Assembly: GCA_002245135.1 (NCBI GenBank)
Contig: NGBS01000628.1
Span: 1-62,255 of the forward strand
Direction: 5' to 3'
Length of the DNA stretch: 62,255 nt
DNA from: Proteromonas lacertae
Lineage: Eukaryota
The notes beneath the pieces are model-generated. The model saw only the letters and a program-made list of their open reading frames with translations. It was not told where the DNA came from and did no database searches. The stretch's first letter is position 1, and the number at the start of each line of letters is the position of its first letter. The position numbers and the translations under genes were made by a program. Shown in pieces: positions 13,301 through 24,092 of this stretch.

Positions 13301-13697
13301 CTCTTCTGTCGAATTTTTATAATTGGATTGAGTAAAGGTGAAATAGGTGGAGTATCAGGTAATTCTTCATCAGCTACTTCTTGCATATACTGTACCATAT
13401 TAGTTCTTCTTATTTTTGATGGTGGAGGCGAATTAAGATTAATAGATGAACCAATCCATTATTTTGAACTACTCCTAATGGAGGCTCTTGCAATGATGGT
13501 GGAACCATACCATATATCCCTCCTCCACTGCCACCTATAACAGGATATTGCATTAGAGGTTGATAATATTGCTGTGGATATGGTAGATATGGAGGATACT
13601 GAGGATAACCTTGTGACTGAGGAACAAAATATGGATTCATATACTGATTGAAATAGTTTTGAGGTAAGTTTGGAACAACATTACCAAGGATAGACAA
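10321..13697 (-). pseudogene. Protein-primed family B DNA polymerase with inserted endonuclease VII-like domain; fragmented, polymerase domain mostly deleted
   Basis: CFLYSVAAGL, IEEFEELN, VVLYWDTE (ExoI), CVYCG..HHDHFTGRY...CSNCN (EndoVII), AHNSKNYDNNFI (ExoII), FIDSCQFMPSSLDSLV, LPPKESF, YLAMDVLSL..VFEHFR, LDP, GYILEVDIELP. Confidence 0.88.
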
Positions 13698-13916
13698 TAG
13701 TATTTAGCTAAACTAACTAATGAAATACTTACTAGTGTCGTAATATTGTTTGTTGTGGATTTATTATAAATTTTTAAGAGAATTTCTTAATTTTAACAGA
13801 TTCGTATAAATCTTATAATAACTTCATAAACTCTTATTCTTTTTTTATTATAAAATCAAATTAAATCAAACTATTTATAATTATACTAAATATCAAAAAA
13901 TAAATTTCAATTAATG

Positions 13917-14050
13917 ATATATTCTCGATCAGCTTGATATGCAGCATAGACTCATCGAGTCTATAAGGAAGATCTCAAAAATATATTTGCTGATGTTGCT
14001 TATAAACTCGATGAGTTTATGCTACATATATAGCTTATCAAGATGATATA
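13917..14050. repeat. Long imperfect inverted repeat whose arms are each self-palindromic
   Basis: TATGCAGCATAGACTCATCGAGTCTATAAG (13938-13967) matches the reverse complement of 13999-14028 at 27/30 positions; pairing extends outward. Confidence 0.85.
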
Positions 14051-14280
14051 TTTATTACATCAAATGATATTCTTACTATATAAATTGTTTATGCTAAAAA
14101 TGTAATACTACAATTAATTTCTAAAATAATTTATATGATAGATAATATTTTTGTATCATTCTTCATTAACAAAAGAAATAATAATACTAAAAATATATCC
14201 AATAACTCTTATTTCATCCTTAATTGAAATTTAGTTGTCATTATTATATTAAAGAAAATACAGTTTAATATTTACTCAAA

Positions 14281-14720
14281 TATATAGTATATAAATGGGA
14301 TTCCTGTAAGCTATTTCTATACCTACCTATACCTATCTATGAGACGATCTCCTACAAGTAATTCTGGAAGTAATATCGGACTTGGTAAGGAAGGTTCCGT
14401 CGTAGAAGTTCTTGTCCATACTCCGAAAGAAGAACTGCTTTCTTCATTACCAGGATCATTGAAAAGGAACTTTAATTTGTTAACCATCATCCAGGGATGT
14501 TGAATTTCTTGGAGTTGCTGCTGTCCATTAAAGCTTATTATCATTAGCTGAATAAGGAAGCATAATTGAATGCTATAGTAGCTGTAAATGAAACAGAACC
14601 ATTTGGGATTGTTGGTGTAGCTGAAGTTATCATAGCCATTATAAACGAAGAAGTGCCAGTATGCCGTTGAGGAAGACCAGTAAGTGTTTCTATTATGCAA
14701 TGCCGCCATAGGCATTAACA
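14281..14720. mobile_element. Deleted end of the TATATAGTATATAAATGGGA TIR-element family
   Basis: Same 20-nt terminus, then AAGCTATTTCTATACCTA...GAGACGATCTCCTAC shared with 17065-17120 and reverse complement 52985-53040; GC-richer than the flanks. Confidence 0.7.
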
Positions 14721-14726
14721 TTCATG

Positions 14727-14947
14727 TATTTTAGTTTATATTAGTTAAATATGCATTTAGTTTGCTTCAAAAATTTCTAGAAAACAAACGTCGCAAATAT
14801 TCAAACTAATTATATTAACAAAAAAGTATCTGCAGTGGTAGGTCATATAACAAAGTAAGTATAAAAGTAACAATTTTTCATCAAGACAAGTAAGAATATA
14901 CATTTAGTTTGTTTTCAAAGTGTCTGGTAGACAAACGGAGCACAACA
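14727..14947. repeat. End of a dispersed TGT...ACA (Ginger2/TDD-like) element
   Basis: Close reverse-complement match to ~55198-55437; shares its terminal sequence with 37184 and 41733. Confidence 0.7.
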
Positions 14948-15262
14948 AGATTCATTAAATAATTTCTATCTTGGAATATGAAATTACATCGTATTAAAAT
15001 TGTTTGAAATTAAAATTGTTCAGAAATATATTGTTATTTAAATATATCATTATAAATTCTACAGTTAAATAATTATATATGAAAATATATTTTGTAATTG
15101 TCTTTTTCATTTATATTATATTTTCATATAGTAATGAAAAGAAATATTCGAATGTGATGAAATGCGAGATGATATACTTAAAGTTACTTCATTTTATAAC
15201 CTAAATACTTGACCAAATTATTTAGTAATCATCAATCTTTTTGAAAAAGATTTGAAGGTTTC

Positions 15263-16411
15263 ATGTATTATAATTTCATTTATATTATATATTTTGTTAT
15301 ATTAATTGCTTTATTTGAATATGTTTATAAAAATTATGACTATTCATACATCAGATCATTTAATAACAAATTACATTATAAATTAAAATGTATATCTAAT
15401 TCGAATGAAATTATTCATCTAAATTATATATATAAAAGACTGAGTAAATTATTGTTCAATAATAAAGGAAAAGTGTATATATCTTATCTTAATAAATCAA
15501 CTTTATTTGAGAGGAACATTAATAATATTCTTCCTGAATATATGCCGAAAATTAAAGTCTTTAAATTTAAGAATGTCATAGTCAGCAACAGCGGCTTAGT
15601 ATATTCTAAAAATTATATTCTAAGATTAGGAAGAGGATGTATGTGTAATGATCTTACTATAAAAAAACAAAATAAATTATTTGCATATAAAAAAGTACTA
15701 GTTATATCTCAATATTGGAATTATGGTACTTTTCATGCCCTTATTGAATGCCTTACAAAAATATCCTTCTATTTAAAAGAAATTAAAAATAAAAACATAT
15801 ATCTTCATATAGGATTTAATAAAGCAATACTTAATTATCTAAAATTATTAGATATCAGTATTAGTGTTATATTGACAGGATATATTTATGTAAAACATTG
15901 TTTAATAATTGAAAATAGTAAATGTGGCATGTCATCAGGTGTTGCTCCTTTATTATATTTAAATAAAGAGCTAATCAAAAGAAATAAATATTATAATAAT
16001 ATACTTGACAGAATTGTCATAATAAAGCGAACAAATGTTAGATCCATTGTGAACTTTAACAGTCTTATAATATTTATAATGTATTATTTTGATAATTATA
16101 TCATAAATGTGTTTATGCCAAATACATCATTTAATAATACTCTGTTAATGTTTGGAAGAGCAAAATACATTTTTGCACCTCATGGTACTGGGTTAAGTAA
16201 TATTATATTATGTAATTCTAAAACAGAAATTGTTGAATTTTTACCACATACTAACACAAATTTTTGTTATACAAGCTTAGCTTATTCTTTAGGCAATATA
16301 TATCATGGTATATATCAGAACTATGATGGATATAAATTTACCATTAATATTTCATCTTTGTGTTATTATATAAAATATCATATATATTATAATAAAAATA
16401 AAACTTGCTAA
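15263..16411 (+). CDS. Glycosyltransferase family 61 (DUF563), type II membrane anchor
   Basis: N-terminal TM, YGTFHALIECL, KR..VRSIVN, IFAPHGTGLSNIIL...IVEF. Confidence 0.85.
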   Translation: MYYNFIYIIYFVILIALFEYVYKNYDYSYIRSFNNKLHYKLKCISNSNEIIHLNYIYKRLSKLLFNNKGKVYISYLNKSTLFERNINNILPEYMPKIKVFKFKNVIVSNSGLVYSKNYILRLGRGCMCNDLTIKKQNKLFAYKKVLVISQYWNYGTFHALIECLTKISFYLKEIKNKNIYLHIGFNKAILNYLKLLDISISVILTGYIYVKHCLIIENSKCGMSSGVAPLLYLNKELIKRNKYYNNILDRIVIIKRTNVRSIVNFNSLIIFIMYYFDNYIINVFMPNTSFNNTLLMFGRAKYIFAPHGTGLSNIILCNSKTEIVEFLPHTNTNFCYTSLAYSLGNIYHGIYQNYDGYKFTINISSLCYYIKYHIYYNKNKTC

Positions 16412-16774
16412 TTGAAATAATTCTTATAAATGACAATATTAGTTCTTACTATTTACAGTCTTTATGACAATAGCTTACACTTTTAGGAAGAGATATTTTT
16501 TAATATGTTTCAGCATATAAAGAAAGGCTTATATATCTTAATGGTGCATCTCCCCATCTATATAAAAATTGACCATAACTTAAATCTATCAAATTTTCAA
16601 ATTTACAGTTGTATTAAGAATTGACTCAGAATCTAATCTCATAAAGATATCAATATTATATAATGAAGGATGTAAAAATATATCTCTAAAAAAGAATCGA
16701 CACATATGTTGATAGTTCCATTTTCCTCTTTTTATATATATTGAATTGTGTATCGAATCATTAAACATGTAAGG

Positions 16775-18500
16775 TATATAGTATATAAATGGGACCCTGG
16801 GACATTGTCACAGAGTTCTAACGAATTTTCTAGGGGTCCGTCCCTTTCTAGATTCAGAGTTGACCTTTACGGGAGCTTCATCGATGCAATCGATGAAGCT
16901 CCCTTAAAAGTCAACTCTGAATCTAGAAGGGGACGGACTCCTAGAACACTCGTTAGAACTCTGTCACATTGTACCATAGTCCCATTTACGTAAGGTTCCT
17001 ACGGGATTCCTCCCAACAGGGTCTACTTCTCAACGGGGTCTACTTTTCCTACGGGGACTCCTCTAAGCTATTTCTATACCTATTTATGAGACGATCTACT
17101 ACGGGTACTCCTGGAAGCTATCTAGAAGTGTTGGTTACCTCGAGGTGATGATTCTAATCATGCTCTTGACTCTCCTTGCTACGCTGGTGACCTTGTAAGG
17201 GCTTTTAATTGAACCGTGGAAACCAATCGTGGAACCGGGAGTTTACAATTGGTAACAAGTTACCAAATGGTAACTCCGGGAGGTTCTAGCTAGTTGTGGA
17301 TCCAAGGTAAGTTCATCATCCTTATAACTCTCCTAGGTAAGTTCATCCAAGACCTTCCCGAGAAGAACAGCCGTGTTGGCAAGGAAGGGAATCTCCTACG
17401 ATGGGAGATTCCCTGACGCAGTCATGCACGGCTGGACGTATCTGGGAAGGTCTTGATGGTTCTTCTATTAATCAGTCAATTTACAAGGCCATTGAAAAGC
17501 TAGGGTAATCAACAGGGCAATCTTGGATCTCAATGGACAACTCAATGAAGAACTGGGACTTTACAATTGTTAACAAGTATACAATGATGACTTCGGGAGG
17601 CTTCAATCAATTCTATAATTCTCAAGGACCTTGAAAAGAGATAGCAGCAATCTCAATAGTCTTCTGAAGGTAAGTCTCATCATCCTTGTTAATTGTTTAG
17701 GTAAACTAATTCAATTCTGAAGAGTATGGAGGATAACATCCTTAAGGATCAGCAAGCAGTCAGTTCCAAACTACCCTACCACTCCATCACGATCATGAAT
17801 GGTACTTTACGGAAGAAGCCTTTAGCTCTTTACCAATCACTGGGTAATCTGTTACTAAACCTTTACATTGTTCAGAACCAGGCTAGGTGCTTATACATTG
17901 TACCTAAACCCAATAAGATGATGTTTTTTCGATCATCCCAATAAAGCAAAGGTACCATCAACCACAACGATAAGCAGGAGATCTAGCTATCTTAAAGGCC
18001 AATGCATCCTCCATTATAAGTAAGTTTCATCAGCTAGGATGTCATAGTCTAGAACCTCATTCACGGAAACAACATTGTTACCTACAAGGAGCAGGAGATC
18101 AGCTGGGTAAACTCTTAAGAATCGATTGTTGAATCCATCAAGGTCATCATGAAGAAATAATCTTGCCTGGTGTTGTATTCTCTGAAGCTTCATATCGATA
18201 AAGGCAAGGACCATTGATACTAGCACTACGTATAAGGATAGTAAGTAAATGTTCTTAATACCGGACACATAGTGATCTATAGAAGGAGGCATCGGAAAAG
18301 TTCAACTATCTCGGCAGTAAGCAATTTCTGAACACCTCCCGTGAATGCAATACTTTAAGAACACTACCGATAAGAGGTTGCTGTAAAGGAACCAGAGGGT
18401 AAAGGATTATCTCAAGCACCAGGGTTGTAAGAGGCAGTACTCTCAGTTGATAAGAAGAGCTATAGCAATGATCCGATCATTGCTAGATAAGGGAGGTGTC
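16775..18500. mobile_element. End of the TIR-element family with a 203-bp terminal hairpin and subterminal repeats
   Basis: Terminus TATATAGTATATAAATGGGA; 16980-17450 matches the reverse complement of ~52570-53125; palindrome at 16786-16988. Confidence 0.85.
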
Positions 18501-19083
18501 CTCGGAGAGTTCCATTCTACAGAGGCATTGCTTGGCTACTAACGTTTTAGGAGGTGTGGTACAACTAAATATGGGAACAACAGTAAAACCTAATGAACAC
18601 TTTGTTGTTTCCAATCCAAGACAAAGTGTAGATGAAGGTAATATGCATATCTCTTTAGTAACTCAATTACCAACTAATGTTCAACGATATATACCAGAAC
18701 AGCCTGTTGGATACAATTATAATTCCATTTATAATTGATTTTAATTTCAATTTACTCTTCCTATCATGTTTTCTATGTTTTTTGAAATGAACATGTTTAC
18801 TGATGTTAAACATGATATTACAGAATTAACAAATGATGAACTTGAGAATATAATACAATATCTAACACCAGAAGAACAAAAAGAAATAAGATAGTATTGG
18901 AGAGAAGCCAATAATATTGAAAAAGATGATATTAAAGAAGAAGATGAATTTGATTCTGATTTTGATGAAGATGCATGACAACCTGTAGAACAAAAGAAAA
19001 AATAATATCATCTATAATATCAATAACGGCTATATTTCTAATAGTATTGTTTCTCTATTTTTTATATTGTTTTTATATATTTT

Positions 19084-22000
19084 ATGGGCGTTAAACGAAA
19101 GCATAAGCAGCAATCATCACCAAAAGAAGAAGCAATTGATTTTGAGAATCCCTCTGTGTATCATAATGCACTTAAGAGAAAATTGAAAAAGATCATCTAT
19201 AACAAAGTGAAAGATAACAAAAAAATAAAACTAGACCTTAGTCATCTTGCCAATCAAACAGCTATTGTTGACAAAGGCAACGGTACATATGGATTAGACA
19301 TCTATGATCCTAAATCCAGTTTCAATAAATTTTATGATACTATTGGAGATGAAGATGATATTTTTCATGTAATACAACATACGATTGGTTGAAATTTGGT
19401 TTGAAGTTCTGCTTATGTACTATGACATTAGGTTCTATTTCGCAAGTGTTTGATATACTATTTCCTGATAGTACTGTTGGTGCAATATTAATGTATTTAG
19501 TAAATGCAGGAATAGGATATAGTGGTGTTATGCAATGGATATTTGGTTTATCTCCAGCATGGGTTAATGCAGCATCTTTTGTGTCAATGTTAACTCCTAA
19601 TTTTGTCAGCTTGGTATATAATCGTTGGAAACAAGTTCCTCCAATGGATATGTCACAATGGATTCATTCTAAGTTAGATAGTATAATGGGTTTCTTTACT
19701 ACATCACTAAGTAATATATACAATTGGTTCAGAGGTATATTTGGTGCTACTCCTTCAACAACAAATTCGACGAGTGCGCCGGCCACTTCAAATATTCAAG
19801 CATCGAATGTTACAACTGCTCCCAGTTATGATAATACAACTTCAATACCTACAACTGGCGCCAGTTATAATAATACAACTTCAATACCTGCAACTGGTGC
19901 AGGTTATAATAATCAAAGTTCAAATGTTGCAAACTACTCCGGAATGATGGCAGGTGCTGCTGCCGCCACGGCGGCAACAGCCCAGTCATCATTCCAAAAT
20001 AACACACAACCAATACAACAAAGATATAATGTAGATGCTATTATGGAAAAATTACAATCATTTTTGATTAATCAATATGATTATGATTCAGTTAAGCAAA
20101 TGGTTATGAATAATACAAAACAAGATTTAGAAAATGTATGTAAAAATGTAGGATTGCCATTAGATATTATATCAAAGTATTCCAGCTATGGAGGAACAAT
20201 AGATCAATTAGTAGATTACTTACATTATTTCAAATATCAATGTGGTCGTAATGCTCCAGAAGCACGATCAGATGTGTGTAATTTAATTAATGGTATGGGT
20301 AGTGAATATCATTTATGGCCTAAAGTAAATTATGGTATCTTTGGTATGTCTTTAGATGGATATCCAAAGACAGGTTCAGGTAGAAGAAAACATGTTCATT
20401 TCAAGCATAAGAAACATCACAGAAGAAATAAACTAAAATTAGAGAGTATCCCACGGAGGCATCTCTTGGCTACTAAGAAATTAGGTGGTATTATACCATT
20501 AAGAGTGGGTCAAAGTGTTGGTCCTAATGAGCATGTCATTATTACTAATCCAAGACAACAAATGTATGATGCTGCTAGTGCTGCTTATAATGGAACATCA
20601 CAATTACAGCCAAGTCAAATACCAGAATATATTCAACCATATATACCAAAAGAAACTGTAGGATATGATTATAATTGGAATTATGATAAATTATTTAGTC
20701 CAGGTTTGAATAGACAAGCTCGAAAAGAAGTTCAATATGCATTAACTAATAATTATGCTTCTTTGTTGCCTAACAATTATCATATTAATTTTTATGATAT
20801 GCTAGATCGTGAACATAAAAAAGGACATTTAAGAGGAACATTCCCATTAGCAACATTAAATACATCTAATCCAAGAAGCTATCTTTTGAACTGGCCTGAA
20901 TATGTTACAGAAGCAGATGTTCAGGCATATGATAATGGAATGAATAGAGTTACAGATCCTTTGTTACAAAAATTTCCTAAATTACAAAATTATAAATCAT
21001 TGCAAGAGATTATAGAAAAGAATCCTCAATTAGCAGCCTATAAAAATTATAGACAAGATTGGTTGACCTCAACTTGGGATAAATTAACAGGTAATGATAA
21101 AGATGCAATAGAATATTATAACAAACTATTATTACAGCAGGAGTATTTGCAAAATGAATTAGTTGATGGAGTAAGTAAGATCAATCAATATTCAGATCCA
21201 TATAATTTTGATCCGAATCGAGCTGAAAAAGTAAAAGAATATATTGCATTGAATAATCAAAAGGCACAAAGATATATGGATGATCAAGAGATATTAGAAA
21301 GATCAAAATTTTATAGATGGGCATTAGATCCAAAAAATCAAGAACTGGTGAATAGTGCTATAGATATAGATAAAGAACCTCATACATGGATTAATGAAGA
21401 TAAATATAGAGAACTGAATGAAATAGCATCACAGAATAGTAGAGATTTCATTAACTTTGATTATAACAGAGAGAAGTTAGGTCACTCACTTCCTCAAGAG
21501 TGGGTGAATGCAGATAATAGACAAAAATATGAAATAGCTATTGGTTTAGTGAAAACTGCTTGTAATTCATGGGCACAATTTGAAAATTCACAGTTTCAAA
21601 AAGCACTTGATTCATTACGTGAATCTGATTTTATGGGTTTTGCTGGTAATTTGTTCCTGTGTGTAGAGAATGTATTTAGGATATTTCCACAAATATACTA
21701 TACAATGAAGTCATATTTGGTTGGTGGAGTTACTCCTCAAATGTTTGAAGTAGATCATGCAATGAAATATGTTCGTGCAATAGTAATGACATGTTTAGCT
21801 TATTGGTTATGGAAAAAATCTAAACTACCAACATCAGGGTTCTTGTATGTAATGTGGTACTTCATTTTCGACTACTATGAAATAATTCGTATGCTGTCAG
21901 GTGGTAGACTGACTTGTATTATAGGAACAGTATTCAGTGCATTGACTGCTTGTTTTGGTTTGCTAGATGCAGGTGGTTTATTAAACTGGTTAAAACCAAC

Positions 22001-22721
22001 ACCATATCAACACAAGAATGCAATCAAAATGGATAACTACGTGAAACGTTCACAACAAACAATTCCAAGTTCACTCACTAATTTTGGTAGAGCAGTGAGT
22101 AATTTAGATCAAGCAAAACAACTCAGTGAAGCTATGAGTTACTTTGGAATAGGTAATGGAAATAATAAAAAAGTAAAGAAATTAATTTCACGTAGGAAAG
22201 TTTTGTATAACAGTATCACTTCAGATGCCTTATCGAACTTTGATATAGAGTTAATTGTGAAAAATGAGTTCAATAATTTCCATGGAAAGTTCATGGGAGT
22301 GTTCTGCTGGGACGAGCTTGTACTTCCTATACCCAAAAAGAAGAATCAATGGGGAATCATAATCAATACACTCACCACACAAGCTAGCCCTGATTCTATA
22401 GGTCATTGGGTGGCCTTAGTAGTTGACAATATCAAAAAGCAATTCCTGTACTATGATTCATTTGGTGAAGATCCTCAACACTTGGAAGAATTTAAAAAGA
22501 ATTTGAAAAAATTAAAGAAGTATCATAATGAAAAGTATGAACTTAAAATCAATGGAGTACAGAATCAAAATTCAAATACTGCTAACTGTGGTTTTTTTGC
22601 TATTAATTTTTTGAAAAATATTTTAAGAGATCAGTGTAGTTTCAAAAAGGCTACTGACTATAATACAATAGTGGGTGAAGCAAAAATTAGGTTAATGAAA
22701 AAACAATTTGGATTAATATAA
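19084..22721 (+). CDS. Large membrane polyprotein with C-terminal adenain-like cysteine protease (ORFs 19084..19392 and 19389..22721, offset by an internal deletion)
   Basis: Catalytic GHWVAL / YYDSFG / QNQNSNTANCGFF motifs; hydrophobic segments; T/N-rich repeats. Copies at 7640 and 36762-37183 show the segment missing after GDEDDI. Confidence 0.85.
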
Positions 22722-22750
22722 TATATAAAATTATTACTTAATTATTTTTT

Positions 22751-23158
22751 TTATGTGTGGTGAAATATTGTATGAGTTTCAATATATTCTATCATCTCTA
22801 AATCCATATGAGTACATTTGAAGAATATTGGCATCTTACCATTAAAACATCTTTGTGGCATTCTAATGATTACTTTTTTCATTGTTGGTGTGTATGTAAC
22901 TTTCGGATAATCTCTATTTCCTAAGTCACAAGGACCTACAAACACTAATATCAAACGTTGACTAATGATCATGTTAATCATTTTGTGTGTTAACTCAAAA
23001 TACCATTGATATATAGGTTTTCGATAATAAAAAAATATAAGGAATTGTAGGCTATACAAATCTAAGTATCTGTCAGGGCCACTTAAATGATATTTCTTTG
23101 TTACCTTGGATTCAAGTTCTGGTAATTTATATTCAATCTGTGGTGGTAGTGTAATCAT
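22751..23158 (-). CDS. Hypothetical Polinton protein
   Basis: ATG-initiated 135 aa ORF between the protease and integrase genes. Confidence 0.45.
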   Translation of the reverse strand: MITLPPQIEYKLPELESKVTKKYHLSGPDRYLDLYSLQFLIFFYYRKPIYQWYFELTHKMINMIISQRLILVFVGPCDLGNRDYPKVTYTPTMKKVIIRMPQRCFNGKMPIFFKCTHMDLEMIEYIETHTIFHHT

Positions 23159-23224
23159 ATATAAAAAATAGAATATACTATATGTATATGTATAATAAAA
23201 TATTTAAAAAAAAGAAATTAAAAA

Positions 23225-23315
23225 GAAAATGGGATTACTAATAGTCTGTGCTAGGAATCGAACCACTAATGCCAGCTGCATGACTCTTTTTTCCTTGCAC
23301 AGTCTATCAGATCCC
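23225..23315 (-). ncRNA. Candidate Pol III small RNA 1 (~90 nt, VA-RNA-like)
   Basis: Minus strand starts GGGAT and ends ATCCC then a T-run; long terminal stem; perfect B-box GGTTCGATTCC at +52..+62. Confidence 0.5.
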
Positions 23316-23323
23316 AATTAAAT

Positions 23324-23518
23324 AAAAAAAGGGCATTTAGATATACAGTGCCAGGATGATTCAAGCCGAATTTCAATGGCGCAATATTAAACAACACACA
23401 TCCAAGTAGAAATTATTATTAAACTTCCATAAATTCCTTGTGAAATTAATTTAATAAATAAATAAATAATTATAAATTAGAAACGCAGCCCTCATCGTAG
23501 CTAGTCTATCCAATGCCC
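23324..23518 (-). ncRNA. Candidate Pol III small RNA 2 (~190 nt, VA-RNA-like)
   Basis: Minus strand starts GGGCATT and ends AATGCCC-TTTTTTT; terminal stem of about 14 bp; no internal T4; shares GATAGACT near its 5' end with RNA 1. Confidence 0.45.
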
Positions 23519-23568
23519 AATAATAAAAAACAACATATACAATATATAGCATAATAAAAATTTATTCG

Positions 23569-24091
23569 TTACAATATTGATTTGTCTCCCTTCTTTCTCT
23601 TGGGTCTCTCCAGTATTTTTCTAAACCATGTGGTTGGTGCATCATCTTTTCTCACTAACTGCAACTCATAGTGTTTGAATCGAATTAATGAAAAACCTTG
23701 AATGTCATTCCCATTGATATCACCTAAATTGTATGAATATCGATTTTTCTTGATTATCTTATATACATTGTCTGACCAGTATATGTTCTTATCCATTTTA
23801 CGTCTTCTCTCTTTGAATCTCACCAAATCACCTACTTCGAAATTTTGACCAGTATGGTCCAATTTTTCATAATTCTTTAAGTTGTAGTTAATTGATTTTT
23901 GTAATATTTGTTTTTGTAATTCTGGACTATGGAATACCTCATTTGGTGTATATCCTTTAATTCCTGGTAATGGCTTGTTGTTATAGTCATCTATCACTTC
24001 CTGTATTATACTATCGAGTTTTAATTTATAATTCATATCTGGTATAATATGCTTATCATTGTGATCAAACATTAGACTTTTCAGTTCATTG
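23569..24091 (-). pseudogene. Polinton integrase, C-terminal half (5' truncated)
   Basis: VIDDYNNKP..IKGYTPNEV...FEVGDLVRF...YWSDNVYKI. Confidence 0.8.
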
Positions 24092-24092
24092 T

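Larger units (their letters stand above)
1..14050. mobile_element. Endogenous Polinton/Maverick (adintovirus-like) copy A, decayed; interrupted at ~4.3-6.1 kb by non-viral DNA
   Basis: Capsid-like, core-protein, adenain protease, integrase and pPolB remnants co-occur. No TIR, TSD or packaging ATPase is visible; boundaries are approximate and the copy runs off the left edge. Confidence 0.8.
18505..24091. mobile_element. Endogenous Polinton copy B (internal segment)
   Basis: Polyprotein-protease (+) convergent with integrase (-), the same arrangement as copy A; both ends truncated. Confidence 0.8.

Noticed and set aside
16748..16993. 81-aa ORF, and similar ORFs at 44398 and 14323
   Set aside because: They run through palindromic or TIR DNA and are probably spurious.
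23241..23270. tRNA gene suggested by GGTTCGATTCC
   Set aside because: No cloverleaf (no D or anticodon arms); it folds as one long terminal stem, so it is kept only as a Pol III ncRNA candidate.
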